From IMG/VR virus record IMGVR_UViG_3300025913_000019: a DNA stretch of 64,000 nt; one strand, given 5' to 3'. Below the pieces are notes generated by a model. It was given only the letters and a program-made list of their open reading frames with translations, did not search any database and was not told where the DNA came from. Below, one piece after another: positions 6,256-15,146 of this stretch. A program made the position numbers and the translations under genes. How positions within the stretch are numbered: the stretch's first letter is position 1; the number at the start of each line of letters is the position of its first letter. Origin of the DNA: a virus (lineage: Duplodnaviria; Caudoviricetes).

Positions 6256-6740
6256 TCAACGCAGCGAGGGCGAAAGAAGAGTCACCCGCAGTTGCAGTGA
6301 GAAGTCCCGCCTCCCCAGGGACGACGTAGTGTCCGAGCAATCGGGCGTGTGTCAAACCATAGGGAACATGGTCGTGTGTCGGCACTCGCCGACGAGAGTC
6401 TGAAGCTGACGGATGTTGGACGGGGGTTCGATTCCCCCCGGCTCCACCACTAGCGCCTGCGTACATGCGGGTGCTAGTGATGGGGCCGACCAGGTTTCGA
6501 CAGCGTTGCTGATGTGGAGGACGACGACTCGCGCGTATGGCCTAGTCTAGCTCAGCGTTACAGAGCCGACAGGGTACAAAACTAACTGCCAACGACGAGC
6601 AATTCGCTCAGGCCCTCGCGGCCTAAGCGCAGAACAGCTGCGGGTTCTACCTAGGCAACTAGGTGTGTACGCAGCCGGGCCGGACACAGCGGATAACCTC
6701 TGCTGTGTGTCTGAGTAAGCCGGGGCCGCAAGGTCCAGGT
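6256..6740 (+). ncRNA. ssrA: Circularly permuted (two-piece) tmRNA; outer ends approximate
   Basis: T-arm GGGGG-TTCGATT-CCCCC + CGGCTCC-A-CCA (ends 6449) precedes a 32-nt hairpin spacer and the 5' end GGGGCCGACCAGGTTTCGAC (6482); G3.U70 pair; tag ORF follows. Confidence 0.9.
6588..6626 (+). other. tmRNA tag reading frame (A)ANDEQFAQALAA*
   Basis: AAAACTAACT|GCC resume context; C-terminal ALAA degron. Confidence 0.9.
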
Positions 6741-6805
6741 TAGGGACGGTGGGCTTCGGCTCTCTGCTCCCGAACGTCCGGCCCACCCCTAACAATGAGG
6801 CATCG

Positions 6806-7201
6806 ATGACTGAACTGAAGACCGCACCGGTGGACACGGCCTACGCCGAGATGCAGGCCTACGTCGCCAAGTTGGAAGCCGCCGGCGTCAAGAGCGACAA
6901 CGGCTGGTACCCGATCATGACGGCTCCGTGGGAGATCGAGATCATGATCGGCCGCTGGCAGACGATCGGCAACAAGGAGCCGCAGTTCATCACCTGCAAG
7001 TCGAGCCAGGAGCACGACCCGGGCAACGAGTTCGAGGGCGAAGCCGCCTACGACTACTGGGCGACCGATGACGACACAGCAGGCGTGGTCGACTCGGCGA
7101 TGCCTGATGTCTGGCGTCCCATCTTTCCCCAGCCTGCGTTCATCAACACCTACGAAGACCAGCTGGCCGAACAGGCCGCGGCTGCCGAGGGAGAAGGCTG
7201 A
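6806..7201 (+). CDS. Hypothetical protein
   Basis: GAGG SD before ATG 6806. Confidence 0.75.
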   Translation: MTELKTAPVDTAYAEMQAYVAKLEAAGVKSDNGWYPIMTAPWEIEIMIGRWQTIGNKEPQFITCKSSQEHDPGNEFEGEAAYDYWATDDDTAGVVDSAMPDVWRPIFPQPAFINTYEDQLAEQAAAAEGEG

Positions 7202-7449
7202 TGGGAGTCGTCGTGTTTCCTGGCCACGAAGGTTCGGCGCTCGAAGCTCTGGCAAAGGCGAAGACCGCGGTCGACGAGATCGGCCCGGATGCACGGATCT
7301 TCATCTTCGTCCGCGATCCGAAGAAGCAGGCCACGCGCTCTCTGAGTTCGGAGTTCAATACCATCGATCTCGCAGTCGTGACCGCCTACGTCAACGCATA
7401 TTGCTCGGATCACATGATGCGAGCGCAGGGCGAGGACGGCGACGATTAG
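7201..7449 (+). CDS. Hypothetical protein
   Basis: TGATG coupling. Confidence 0.7.
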   Translation: MGVVVFPGHEGSALEALAKAKTAVDEIGPDARIFIFVRDPKKQATRSLSSEFNTIDLAVVTAYVNAYCSDHMMRAQGEDGDD

Positions 7450-7506
7450 TACAACGAGCCCCGGGTCGAGCAGTCGATGCCGGGGCTACCCATTTCTGGA
7501 GCACAC

Positions 7507-7935
7507 ATGATCGAGCACCACACCAAAGACGGTGAAGTACCACCGGTTCGTTTTCCTCGGCGCATGCTGCAGCTGTGGAGCCTGGGTCGTGCTCAGCGTC
7601 GACCCGACTGGCTCGCGCGCTTTCGACTCCGTCCTGACCACGAGCAGATCGATCTCGAATGGGGTCTCTTCCAGGTCTTCCACGATCTCGGCATCACCAA
7701 CCTGCAGACCGCGAAGGAATGGGCGCTCCTGCAGTACAACAGGCCCGAGTGCTTCGATGCATTTCCGATCATGGGCACTCGTGACATGTGCTGGCAGCTG
7801 AGCTGGTACGTCGAGACGTTGGAGGGTCGCTACCCCGAGGACATCAGCGCCCAGTACGCGCCGAACTTCTACCTGAACTCCAGGTACGGGACCGACATCT
7901 ACTCCTACATCTTCCATCCGCAAGCGAGGACATGA
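7507..7935 (+). CDS. Hypothetical protein
   Basis: GGAG SD before ATG 7507 (track start 7477). Confidence 0.7.
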   Translation: MIEHHTKDGEVPPVRFPRRMLQLWSLGRAQRRPDWLARFRLRPDHEQIDLEWGLFQVFHDLGITNLQTAKEWALLQYNRPECFDAFPIMGTRDMCWQLSWYVETLEGRYPEDISAQYAPNFYLNSRYGTDIYSYIFHPQART

Positions 7936-8408
7936 TGGCACACGAGTATCACATCGACGCCCTGTTCGGCGCGCACCTGGACGCGGCAGTCATCGCGACC
8001 TTGGGCAAGCCCTGGCGCATTGAAGTCTTCTGCGTCCGCTACCCGCACCCGGAGCGCCACATGACTGCGCGAGTCGTCAATGAGCACGGTCGCGTCATCA
8101 ACTTCAATCACGACAACCGGTTCCATCGTGACTGGCTGCACGCCGGTTACCTCATGGAGACCGGGAAGATCAGCATCTCCTGGCCTCAAGATCCGGTCAA
8201 GGGTCGACCGTGTGCCTGGGGTACGCCCGAGTCCGAGACGAGGTCATTCGGTCGGACCATGCCGGAGGCGATCACGCGTGCGTACCTGAAGCAGCACACG
8301 AAGTCCCCGTTCGTCGAGCTCGACCAGAAACTCGAGCTCTACATACCCTACCAAGACGACCTGCTGGCGCAGCTGGCGGGTGTCACCGAAGTGAAGAAGG
8401 ACTACTGA
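7932..8408 (+). CDS. NinX/DUF2591-like phage protein
   Basis: DWLHAGYLMETGKISISW...GRTMPEAITRAYL...VEL pattern. Confidence 0.5.
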   Translation: MMAHEYHIDALFGAHLDAAVIATLGKPWRIEVFCVRYPHPERHMTARVVNEHGRVINFNHDNRFHRDWLHAGYLMETGKISISWPQDPVKGRPCAWGTPESETRSFGRTMPEAITRAYLKQHTKSPFVELDQKLELYIPYQDDLLAQLAGVTEVKKDY

Positions 8409-8409
8409 C

Positions 8410-8901
8410 ATGAATCCGACTCGCCGTGGTTTCCTAGGTGCGATGCTGGCTGCGGCGGCCGCACCTGCAATCGTCAAGGCCGACTCGTTGATGAAGGTCG
8501 TGGTGCCCAAGCACGTGGCTGACGGGCACTTCATCACGATCTACGACTACAAGATCGGCAACGGTCCCACCACGTTCGACAAGCAGTTCAAGTCGGACGT
8601 GGTCGATGCGTACACGCGTGGCGATTGCCTGCAGCAGCAGTACGCGGACGTCATTGAGCGCGTCATGCTCGACGAAGACCAGGCGCCACTCATCTCGGGT
8701 GAACTCGGCTACGTGAATGGATTCACGGTCGTCGTCAGCGAGATCGACAAGTCGAATGTCGTCTTCGACCGCGGCGTCACCCAGCCCATGTTCATGGGTG
8801 CGAAGCGTGGGCCCAAGCCAGCACGTCGGCTCGGACGCAATCAGATCGAGTCGCTGTTCGACAAGGCACGCGACCTCGCCTATCTCAAGATCAGGAGCTG
8901 A
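8410..8901 (+). CDS. Twin-arginine-signal protein
   Basis: MNPTRRGFLGAMLAAAAAPAIVKA. Confidence 0.75.
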   Translation: MNPTRRGFLGAMLAAAAAPAIVKADSLMKVVVPKHVADGHFITIYDYKIGNGPTTFDKQFKSDVVDAYTRGDCLQQQYADVIERVMLDEDQAPLISGELGYVNGFTVVVSEIDKSNVVFDRGVTQPMFMGAKRGPKPARRLGRNQIESLFDKARDLAYLKIRS

Positions 8902-8903
8902 CC

Positions 8904-9203
8904 ATGCAGTATCCGCGAATCGTGATCGACGGCACGGACTGCCAGACACCGAGTGGTGATCTCAAGTCGGGCTGGATCATCACCTACGAGGTGACGCTCG
9001 ACGCTCAGGGTCGTGAGCAGCGCAGAGAGAAGAAGCGTCAATGGGCGCAGGACCCGAAGCCCGTTGTTTTCGACAACGGTATGACCTCGCAACAACATGC
9101 GGCGGCTGTCGCACGTGGCGAGAATCCCGGACCCCTGGTCAAGACAGGTATCTTCTATCCGCACAAGATGCTGGAGCTGATGCCAACTGAAGGAGTGCAC
9201 TGA
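8904..9203 (+). CDS. Hypothetical protein
   Basis: 99-aa coupled ORF. Confidence 0.7.
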   Translation: MQYPRIVIDGTDCQTPSGDLKSGWIITYEVTLDAQGREQRREKKRQWAQDPKPVVFDNGMTSQQHAAAVARGENPGPLVKTGIFYPHKMLELMPTEGVH

Positions 9204-9625
9204 TGTCAACACGTCGTGGTTTCCTGGGCGCCATGCTCGCAGCAGCCGTGGCACCCGCCGTCGTCAGAGCCGAGTCGCTGATGAGGCTGCCGTCGGCTCC
9301 GAAGATCCTGCGTACCTACTGGGATGGCTCGAACTGGCGTTGCGAGCCGGTGACTGTCGAGTCGCAGATAACTGCCGACCCGTGGTACACGCCGCCCGAG
9401 CGCATCATTCACGCACGGCCCTACGTCTCGGGTGACGAGATCAAGACGGCATCGGGCATCGACGAATTCGTCGACCGCGCGGTCGAACAGCTCTCGCGCG
9501 AGACCGGCATCTCCAAGCCCATGCTTCTCGGCCAGTCGTACAGCGATGGTCTGTACGCGGCATCGCGGCAGCCCTCGAAGTTGCCGTTCCTCATCGAGCG
9601 CGGGTTCATCAAGCGTCGAGTCTGA
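9203..9625 (+). CDS. Twin-arginine-signal protein
   Basis: MSTRRGFLGAMLAAAVAPAVVRA. Confidence 0.75.
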   Translation: MSTRRGFLGAMLAAAVAPAVVRAESLMRLPSAPKILRTYWDGSNWRCEPVTVESQITADPWYTPPERIIHARPYVSGDEIKTASGIDEFVDRAVEQLSRETGISKPMLLGQSYSDGLYAASRQPSKLPFLIERGFIKRRV

Positions 9626-9753
9626 CATGGCACCGACCCATGTCTCAACAGATTGCAACGGCATGATCGCAGTCACGGTCATGCCGGAAGCAGAGGAGTC
9701 TGCAGCGGAGGGTAGCGAGCAGACCGAAGAGGAGCGCGGGCCAGACCTCAAAG

Positions 9754-9763
9754 ACTGTAAAGA
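9754..9763 (+). promoter_or_regulatory. Motif A (ACTGTAAAGA)
   Basis: Exact copy 43 nt upstream of the GT-D gene. Confidence 0.6.
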
Positions 9764-9806
9764 GGATCGTCCGCGTGACAATCAACTCAACCAAAGCCGT
9801 TAGCAC

Positions 9807-10592
9807 ATGACCATCACTGCCAAAGAGATCGGAGAGAACTACCCGCTCTCCATCGACGACGCCAAGGAGTACGCTGGCCGCACCATCGCGAGCCGCGCCT
9901 TCTACCACACCGTCTTCTCCGCCGTCAAGAACAAGCTGCCGCTGTCCGTCGTCCGCATGGGTGATGGCGAGCGTCACCTCTTCATCGACTGCGCGACTGC
10001 TGCCGCCAACAAGGTGTCTGGCCTCCCGGTCGATTCGTTCGACACCGCGTGGCGCACGCGCATGGGCATCGAGGGCATGACCTTCGAGCAGCTCAACGAT
10101 TCGATGCGCGCGTCGATCGCTCTCACCAACTACTTCGGGCCGAACGTCAACGGCCTGATGCAGCCCAACTACAGCGTCTACCCGTGGTACAAGATCCACG
10201 GCAAGGGTCAGCCGCTGGTCGACAACTTCTTCGTCAACGAGTGGGACCTGGAACATCGCACCGCGCTCCTGAAGGCGGCCGGCAATGTCCTGGTGCTGCA
10301 CGCGAACCCGGTGACGGCCATCACGTTCGCACGCCGTGCGCGGGCCTACCTCAACGTCGGCATCCGCCACGTGAGCCTCAAGTCCTGGCGTGATGCCGAC
10401 GCGGCCCTCACGGAGTGCGCGAAGTGGGACTACCCGCTGGTCCTCGTCAGCGCCGGTCCGGCCTCCAAGTGGATCATCCCTGGGATCGCCCGACAAGGCA
10501 AGGTCGCGCTCGACATCGGCAACGCCATGGACCACTGGCTGCTGCTCGAACTCTACAAGGCCGACCCGTCGAAGCTGGACGCCGTCAAGTGA
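9807..10592 (+). CDS. GT-D-fold (DUF1792-like) glycosyltransferase
   Basis: LSVVRMGDGE and LVSAGPASK...GKVALDIG motifs. Confidence 0.7.
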   Translation: MTITAKEIGENYPLSIDDAKEYAGRTIASRAFYHTVFSAVKNKLPLSVVRMGDGERHLFIDCATAAANKVSGLPVDSFDTAWRTRMGIEGMTFEQLNDSMRASIALTNYFGPNVNGLMQPNYSVYPWYKIHGKGQPLVDNFFVNEWDLEHRTALLKAAGNVLVLHANPVTAITFARRARAYLNVGIRHVSLKSWRDADAALTECAKWDYPLVLVSAGPASKWIIPGIARQGKVALDIGNAMDHWLLLELYKADPSKLDAVK

Positions 10593-11074
10593 CCGAGATC
10601 CACGTCCTTCCGTACCGCGAACCACCGCCCAGGTTGACCGCGACCGCAAGGTCGAAGACGTTGAAGGCGCACTACGAGGCCTTCCTCGCACATCATCGGT
10701 CTGACCAGCGCGTCGAGATCGAGGAAACGCTGCAAGACGAAACCATCGGCGACATCCTGACCTTCATCGGTCTGGAGCCGCTGGTGTCGATCAAGCACAT
10801 GCGGTCGATGGCGCGTCGCATTCGCATGCTGAGTCGTGGCAAGATTGGCTATCAGCAGGCGATCGAGTTGCAGGCTCGGGCTCTTGGCTACCGGACGCAG
10901 GCAGCCATGTTCGCGGCGAACCCGCGGAAGGTCGTGGCTCTCAACATTCGAGGCGGCAACGAGGTCCCATTCTCGATGTCGCTCTTCATGAACGAGAAGG
11001 AAACGCGTGGTGATCGTGTGCAGCGACGCAAGCGCACGCTCTACCTGCGCGACAACCCAGGAGCTCAAGCTTGA
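10589..11074 (+). CDS. Hypothetical protein with Glyoxalase_8-like helical motif
   Basis: GTGA overlap; IGYQQAIELQARALGY. Confidence 0.55.
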   Translation: MTEIHVLPYREPPPRLTATARSKTLKAHYEAFLAHHRSDQRVEIEETLQDETIGDILTFIGLEPLVSIKHMRSMARRIRMLSRGKIGYQQAIELQARALGYRTQAAMFAANPRKVVALNIRGGNEVPFSMSLFMNEKETRGDRVQRRKRTLYLRDNPGAQA

Positions 11075-11313
11075 GCGACTACAAGCAACCGATGCAGCAC
11101 GGCCCGGGCACTGGCCCCATGTACGTCAATGACATGCCTCTGAAGCTGACACCGCGGCTGAAGCGCTGCGCCCGATGCAACACCGATCGGGAGCCTCAAG
11201 GTGGCTGCCAGGTCACGGTCGATAAGTGGGTGTGCGGCAAGTGCTGGCGTCCCAGCCTTCACACCCAGCGGCTCAAGAGCAAGTCCAAGGCGGTCACGGC
11301 CCCGGCGGCCTGA
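11071..11313 (+). CDS. Small Zn-ribbon protein
   Basis: CARC...CGKC; TTG start. Confidence 0.55.
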   Translation: MSDYKQPMQHGPGTGPMYVNDMPLKLTPRLKRCARCNTDREPQGGCQVTVDKWVCGKCWRPSLHTQRLKSKSKAVTAPAA

Positions 11314-11324
11314 TCAAATCCGAA

Positions 11325-11334
11325 ACTGTAAAGA
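11325..11334 (+). promoter_or_regulatory. Motif A (ACTGTAAAGA)
   Basis: Exact intergenic copy. Confidence 0.6.
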
Positions 11335-11401
11335 AGACAAGTGCACGTTTGCAAACACGCATAGCACTTCTTCACCACACAACGCAAGAGGTTACACCAA
11401 C

Positions 11402-12487
11402 ATGACGACGATCGACGCAGCGACCAAGACCATCCTGGTGCCTGGCTCCGTCTGGACCCGCGAGACCAAGAACGGCAACAAGGACGTCACGGTCCTGTTC
11501 ATCACGAACCAGGGCCTGCCGCCCGAGACGCTGGCCAAGTGCCCGCAGCAGGTGGTCTTCCTCAACGACGAGGGCGCCGTCCTGTCGATGAAGCCCGAGC
11601 AGTTCGTGGCCAAGCGCAACTTCTCGACGATGAACCCCGAAGCCGAGGTGATCCTCCGGCACATCGTCGAGGGCTTCGACGACGAGGACGAAGAAGGCGA
11701 CGACGAGATCGACCTGGACTCGATCCAGCTGCCCGAGTCGTCCGAAGGCGATGCCGACGTGAGCCTGGAAACCGAGCCGGTCGCCGAGAACTTCGAGACC
11801 ACGGGCAACCTCCTGGCCGTGCAGGCGCAGCAGCAGGCGCAGATGAACAACACGTCGCCGGTGCTGCAGCTGCAGGACGGCCTGAACGCCGCGCTGGTGC
11901 ACCTGCTGACGAGCCGCTTCGTCTCCTACTCCGAGTCCGTGGCGCCGAACGGCACCGGCGACACGCTGCACACGATGCGCTTCGCCCTGAGCCCGGAACT
12001 CGACCTCGACATGCTCAACAAGGCGTTCGGCCTCGAAGGCCCGATCACCAAGTTCACGATCAACAGCGCTGTCGCGCCGACGACGGTGGACATCGACGGC
12101 TTCTTCCAGGTCTGGCTCGAAGTCGTGGCACCGATGGGCAAGTTCCCGTCGCAGTCCTACGGCCTGGTCCAGCTGACGAGCCGCGGCGACTTCCGTGAAC
12201 AGCAGGTCGTGCAGCAGAAGCCGCAGCCCGCAGCCGCGCCGGTGGCCGCCGATCCGATGGAGACCCCGAGCGGCCTGTACCAGGCGCCGGAAGTCGAAGC
12301 CGAGACGGCCGACGAGCAGGCGGTGGCCAAGGCGGCGCCGGCTCACAGCTCGTTCATCAGCGACGCGACCATCGTGGGCCAGAAGCCGACGCCGCCGGCC
12401 GCCGAGCCGACGATCAACCTGGCTGCGATCCCGACCGAGACGCCTGCGGCGCCGCAGATGCCGGGTCTCAACATCGTGAACGCGTGA
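11402..12487 (+). CDS. Hypothetical protein (acidic, Pro/Ala-rich tail)
   Basis: GAGG SD; strong codon bias. Confidence 0.8.
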   Translation: MTTIDAATKTILVPGSVWTRETKNGNKDVTVLFITNQGLPPETLAKCPQQVVFLNDEGAVLSMKPEQFVAKRNFSTMNPEAEVILRHIVEGFDDEDEEGDDEIDLDSIQLPESSEGDADVSLETEPVAENFETTGNLLAVQAQQQAQMNNTSPVLQLQDGLNAALVHLLTSRFVSYSESVAPNGTGDTLHTMRFALSPELDLDMLNKAFGLEGPITKFTINSAVAPTTVDIDGFFQVWLEVVAPMGKFPSQSYGLVQLTSRGDFREQQVVQQKPQPAAAPVAADPMETPSGLYQAPEVEAETADEQAVAKAAPAHSSFISDATIVGQKPTPPAAEPTINLAAIPTETPAAPQMPGLNIVNA

Positions 12488-12551
12488 GCTGATCCGATCA
12501 ACTGGCAACTGCGAACCTACGACTAGAACGACAACGATTTGTTCCTGAACC

Positions 12552-12585
12552 GAAGGGGCCCCACTCGGGGCCCCTTCTGCCTTTT
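12552..12585 (+). terminator. Intrinsic terminator-like hairpin
   Basis: GAAGGGGCCCC-ACTC-GGGGCCCCTTC followed by TGCCTTTT. Confidence 0.7.
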
Positions 12586-12610
12586 CCGGGCCAAAATTCG
12601 AGGTGAAAAC

Positions 12611-13672
12611 GTGAAAAATCAGGCATCTGTGACCGTCTCTGAAGGAGACTACGTAATCGGCAAAATCAGGACCGCGGAGTCGCATGTCCTGGTTTTTGGC
12701 AAGGTCGATGAACTGGCCAAGGGCTATGTCGTCGGCACGGTCGAGAAGAACCGCCACATCAAGCAGCTCCGCAAGGGCTTCGAGGTCGTGAACAAGGACA
12801 TCGTTCTGAACCTGGGGCCGAAGCCCTACGGCGGCACGATCCTGAAGTTCGACACGAGCCACATCTACACGGGCCGGAAGATCACCCACGACTTCTTCGG
12901 CGCCATCCACTTCTTCTACGCGATCCAGACCGAGGTCGGCAAGACGCTGATGAAAGCGTTCGACAAAGCCGCCGAGATCCTGCGCAAGGCAGGGCTCCCC
13001 GAACCCGTGAACACGGTGTGGGAGGTCAACCCGAAGGAAGCGAAGCCGACGAAATACGCCGGCTACTACAAGCACAGTCGCACGCCGGCCAAGAAGCCGC
13101 ACACCCTGGCGATCAAGCCGGAGGCCGTCCCCATGACGGTCAGCGACTACCTGTACGTGATCCTCCACGAGTACGCGCACTACCTCCACTACAACCACCT
13201 GCGGAATCCCAAGGTCAATGCCGCCTGGATCAAGCTCTTCAACACCTCGATCAAGCCGCAGACCATCGACCGCGAGGCCTCGAAGAAGCTGCTCAAGCAG
13301 CTGATCGACGGCGAGGAGCGTCCTTCCGACCTCAAGGGCCAGCTCGACGAGGCGGACCGCAACGCCTGGAACTGGATCATGCGGACCATCAAGCAGGATC
13401 ACGCGGTCGGTATCAAGGAACTCGACTTCCTGTTCGAGGCCGAGCAGAAGCCCGAGATCGAAGCCCTGTGGCCGCGCCGCACGCTCATGAAGAAGGAGCT
13501 GGCTCCCGTCATCAGCGAGTACGCTACGACGAACTACCGCGAGACCTGGGCCGAGGCCTTCAGCTTCCACTTCACGAAGCGCAAGCTGCCCGCCGTCGTC
13601 ACGACCCTGCTCGAGAAGACGCTGCGCAAGGTCGAGGCTTTGGAAGAAGCGGCCGAGGAGTCCGAGGAATGA
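12611..13672 (+). CDS. Zincin-like metallopeptidase
   Basis: ILHEYAHYLH (HExxH) and SEYATTNYRETWAEAF. Confidence 0.7.
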   Translation: MKNQASVTVSEGDYVIGKIRTAESHVLVFGKVDELAKGYVVGTVEKNRHIKQLRKGFEVVNKDIVLNLGPKPYGGTILKFDTSHIYTGRKITHDFFGAIHFFYAIQTEVGKTLMKAFDKAAEILRKAGLPEPVNTVWEVNPKEAKPTKYAGYYKHSRTPAKKPHTLAIKPEAVPMTVSDYLYVILHEYAHYLHYNHLRNPKVNAAWIKLFNTSIKPQTIDREASKKLLKQLIDGEERPSDLKGQLDEADRNAWNWIMRTIKQDHAVGIKELDFLFEAEQKPEIEALWPRRTLMKKELAPVISEYATTNYRETWAEAFSFHFTKRKLPAVVTTLLEKTLRKVEALEEAAEESEE

Positions 13673-14028
13673 GCGCGCAGCGTCCGTTCGGCTACCTGTA
13701 CGAGAACGTCGGCGGCGCCATTGTCTTCCATCGGGAGGGTAGCTGCAACAGGGACGTTCTGAATGCGGACATGGAAGCCGCCGCCATGTACCCGAAGGGA
13801 CATGTGCTGACGCCTCTGTTCACGCAACCAGTGGTCACACCGGAAGAAGAAGAGCTGCTGCTCGCCACCGGTCGTCTCTGGAACGACTTCTGCCAGCTGC
13901 CTGACAGCGCGGCATCTGACACCGACGACTTCTACCGAGCTGTCCACGAACTGCAGCGCATCATCGCACTTCGTGGCATGCGACGTGCCGTGCCTGCCCT
14001 CTTCACCCAGCACAAGGATCGGACATGA
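13669..14028 (+). CDS. Hypothetical protein
   Basis: ATGA overlaps at both ends. Confidence 0.7.
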   Translation: MSAQRPFGYLYENVGGAIVFHREGSCNRDVLNADMEAAAMYPKGHVLTPLFTQPVVTPEEEELLLATGRLWNDFCQLPDSAASDTDDFYRAVHELQRIIALRGMRRAVPALFTQHKDRT

Positions 14029-14456
14029 AGACCATCATCTACGACATCGACGGCTGCTGCATCGACTCGACGTTCCGCCACGAGCACGTGCAGGTCGACT
14101 TCAAGCGCTATCTGGAACTGCACCCGACTGACAAGCCGATCATGCAAGGCGTGCTCGTCTACACGCTGCTGCTCGAGCTCCAGGACTTCCGGCACGTCTT
14201 CATCACCGGCCGCGGCGAGGAAGAGCGTGATTCCACGACCGCGATCCTCGAGCGCCTCTTCCACGGCAAGACCTTCGAGCTGCTGATGCGGCCGGCCGAT
14301 GATCGACGGCCTGACGTCGAGATCAAGGGCGAGCTCATGCAGCAGAACGGCATCTGGCCCAAGGACGTGTTCCTGGCCTTCGATGATCGTCCGGTCATGG
14401 TCGAGTTCTACCGGAGCCTCGGCATCGTCGCCTACCAAACCGCGGAGGGTTACTGA
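14025..14456 (+). CDS. HAD-family phosphatase (PseT 3'-phosphatase-like)
   Basis: YDIDG, FITGR, FDDR motifs. Confidence 0.85.
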   Translation: MKTIIYDIDGCCIDSTFRHEHVQVDFKRYLELHPTDKPIMQGVLVYTLLLELQDFRHVFITGRGEEERDSTTAILERLFHGKTFELLMRPADDRRPDVEIKGELMQQNGIWPKDVFLAFDDRPVMVEFYRSLGIVAYQTAEGY

Positions 14457-14457
14457 C

Positions 14458-14685
14458 ATGAAGCTGCCTCAAGACCCGGCTCGCAGGTTCCTGCTGGCCG
14501 CACTCGTCGCCTACATGCTCTTCGTCGTTGGCTGGCTGTGCTTCTACGCCGGCCCTGACCTCAAGCTGCCGCCGCACCTCTTCATGTGGCAAGTGATCGG
14601 CCTCATCGTCGTCCTCGTCATCTACGTGCTGCTGATCTGGCGCGAGGTCGTGGCGGATCGCAAGGAGCGCGAGGGCGATGCCTGA
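14458..14685 (+). CDS. Two-TM membrane protein
   Basis: Two hydrophobic helices. Confidence 0.7.
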   Translation: MKLPQDPARRFLLAALVAYMLFVVGWLCFYAGPDLKLPPHLFMWQVIGLIVVLVIYVLLIWREVVADRKEREGDA

Positions 14686-14726
14686 CGTGACCCTCATTTT
14701 GATCCTCCACTGAAGGAGAGTGACCG

Positions 14727-15146
14727 ATGATGAAACTCGACAAGCTGGTTCGTCTCAGCGAACGGATGCGCCGGCTCAACAGCCGCCTGGTCAAGGTCGT
14801 CGGCTACAAGACCGGCACCGGCAAGGACGGCATCCCGACCGCGGTGGCGCGCACCTACACGCCCCTCGAGTACAGCCTCGGCGGCCGCCGCATCATGCGT
14901 GCTCGGGACAAGAACAAGTACACGTCGTCGATCAAGTTTCTCGACCGCGGACTCCACGTCCGTGTCTCGTGCTCGTGTCCCGACTACATGTACCGGTGGG
15001 AGTACGCCAACAACCTGGTCGGTGCCTCGCACATCATCTACGGCAACGGTGAGGCGCCGGACGAGACCAACCCGCAGTACAGGCCCGGTCTTTGCAAGCA
15101 CCTGCTTGCGCTCCGGACCTTGGTGAAGGAGCAGCACGGGATATGA
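14727..15146 (+). CDS. SWIM-like zinc-finger protein
   Basis: VSCSCPD...GLCKHL. Confidence 0.7.
   Translation: MMKLDKLVRLSERMRRLNSRLVKVVGYKTGTGKDGIPTAVARTYTPLEYSLGGRRIMRARDKNKYTSSIKFLDRGLHVRVSCSCPDYMYRWEYANNLVGASHIIYGNGEAPDETNPQYRPGLCKHLLALRTLVKEQHGI

Noticed and set aside
9627-9803. 58-aa ORF MAPTHVSTDC...
   Set aside because: Atypical codon usage and it contains motif A; may be real but is not supportable as a CDS
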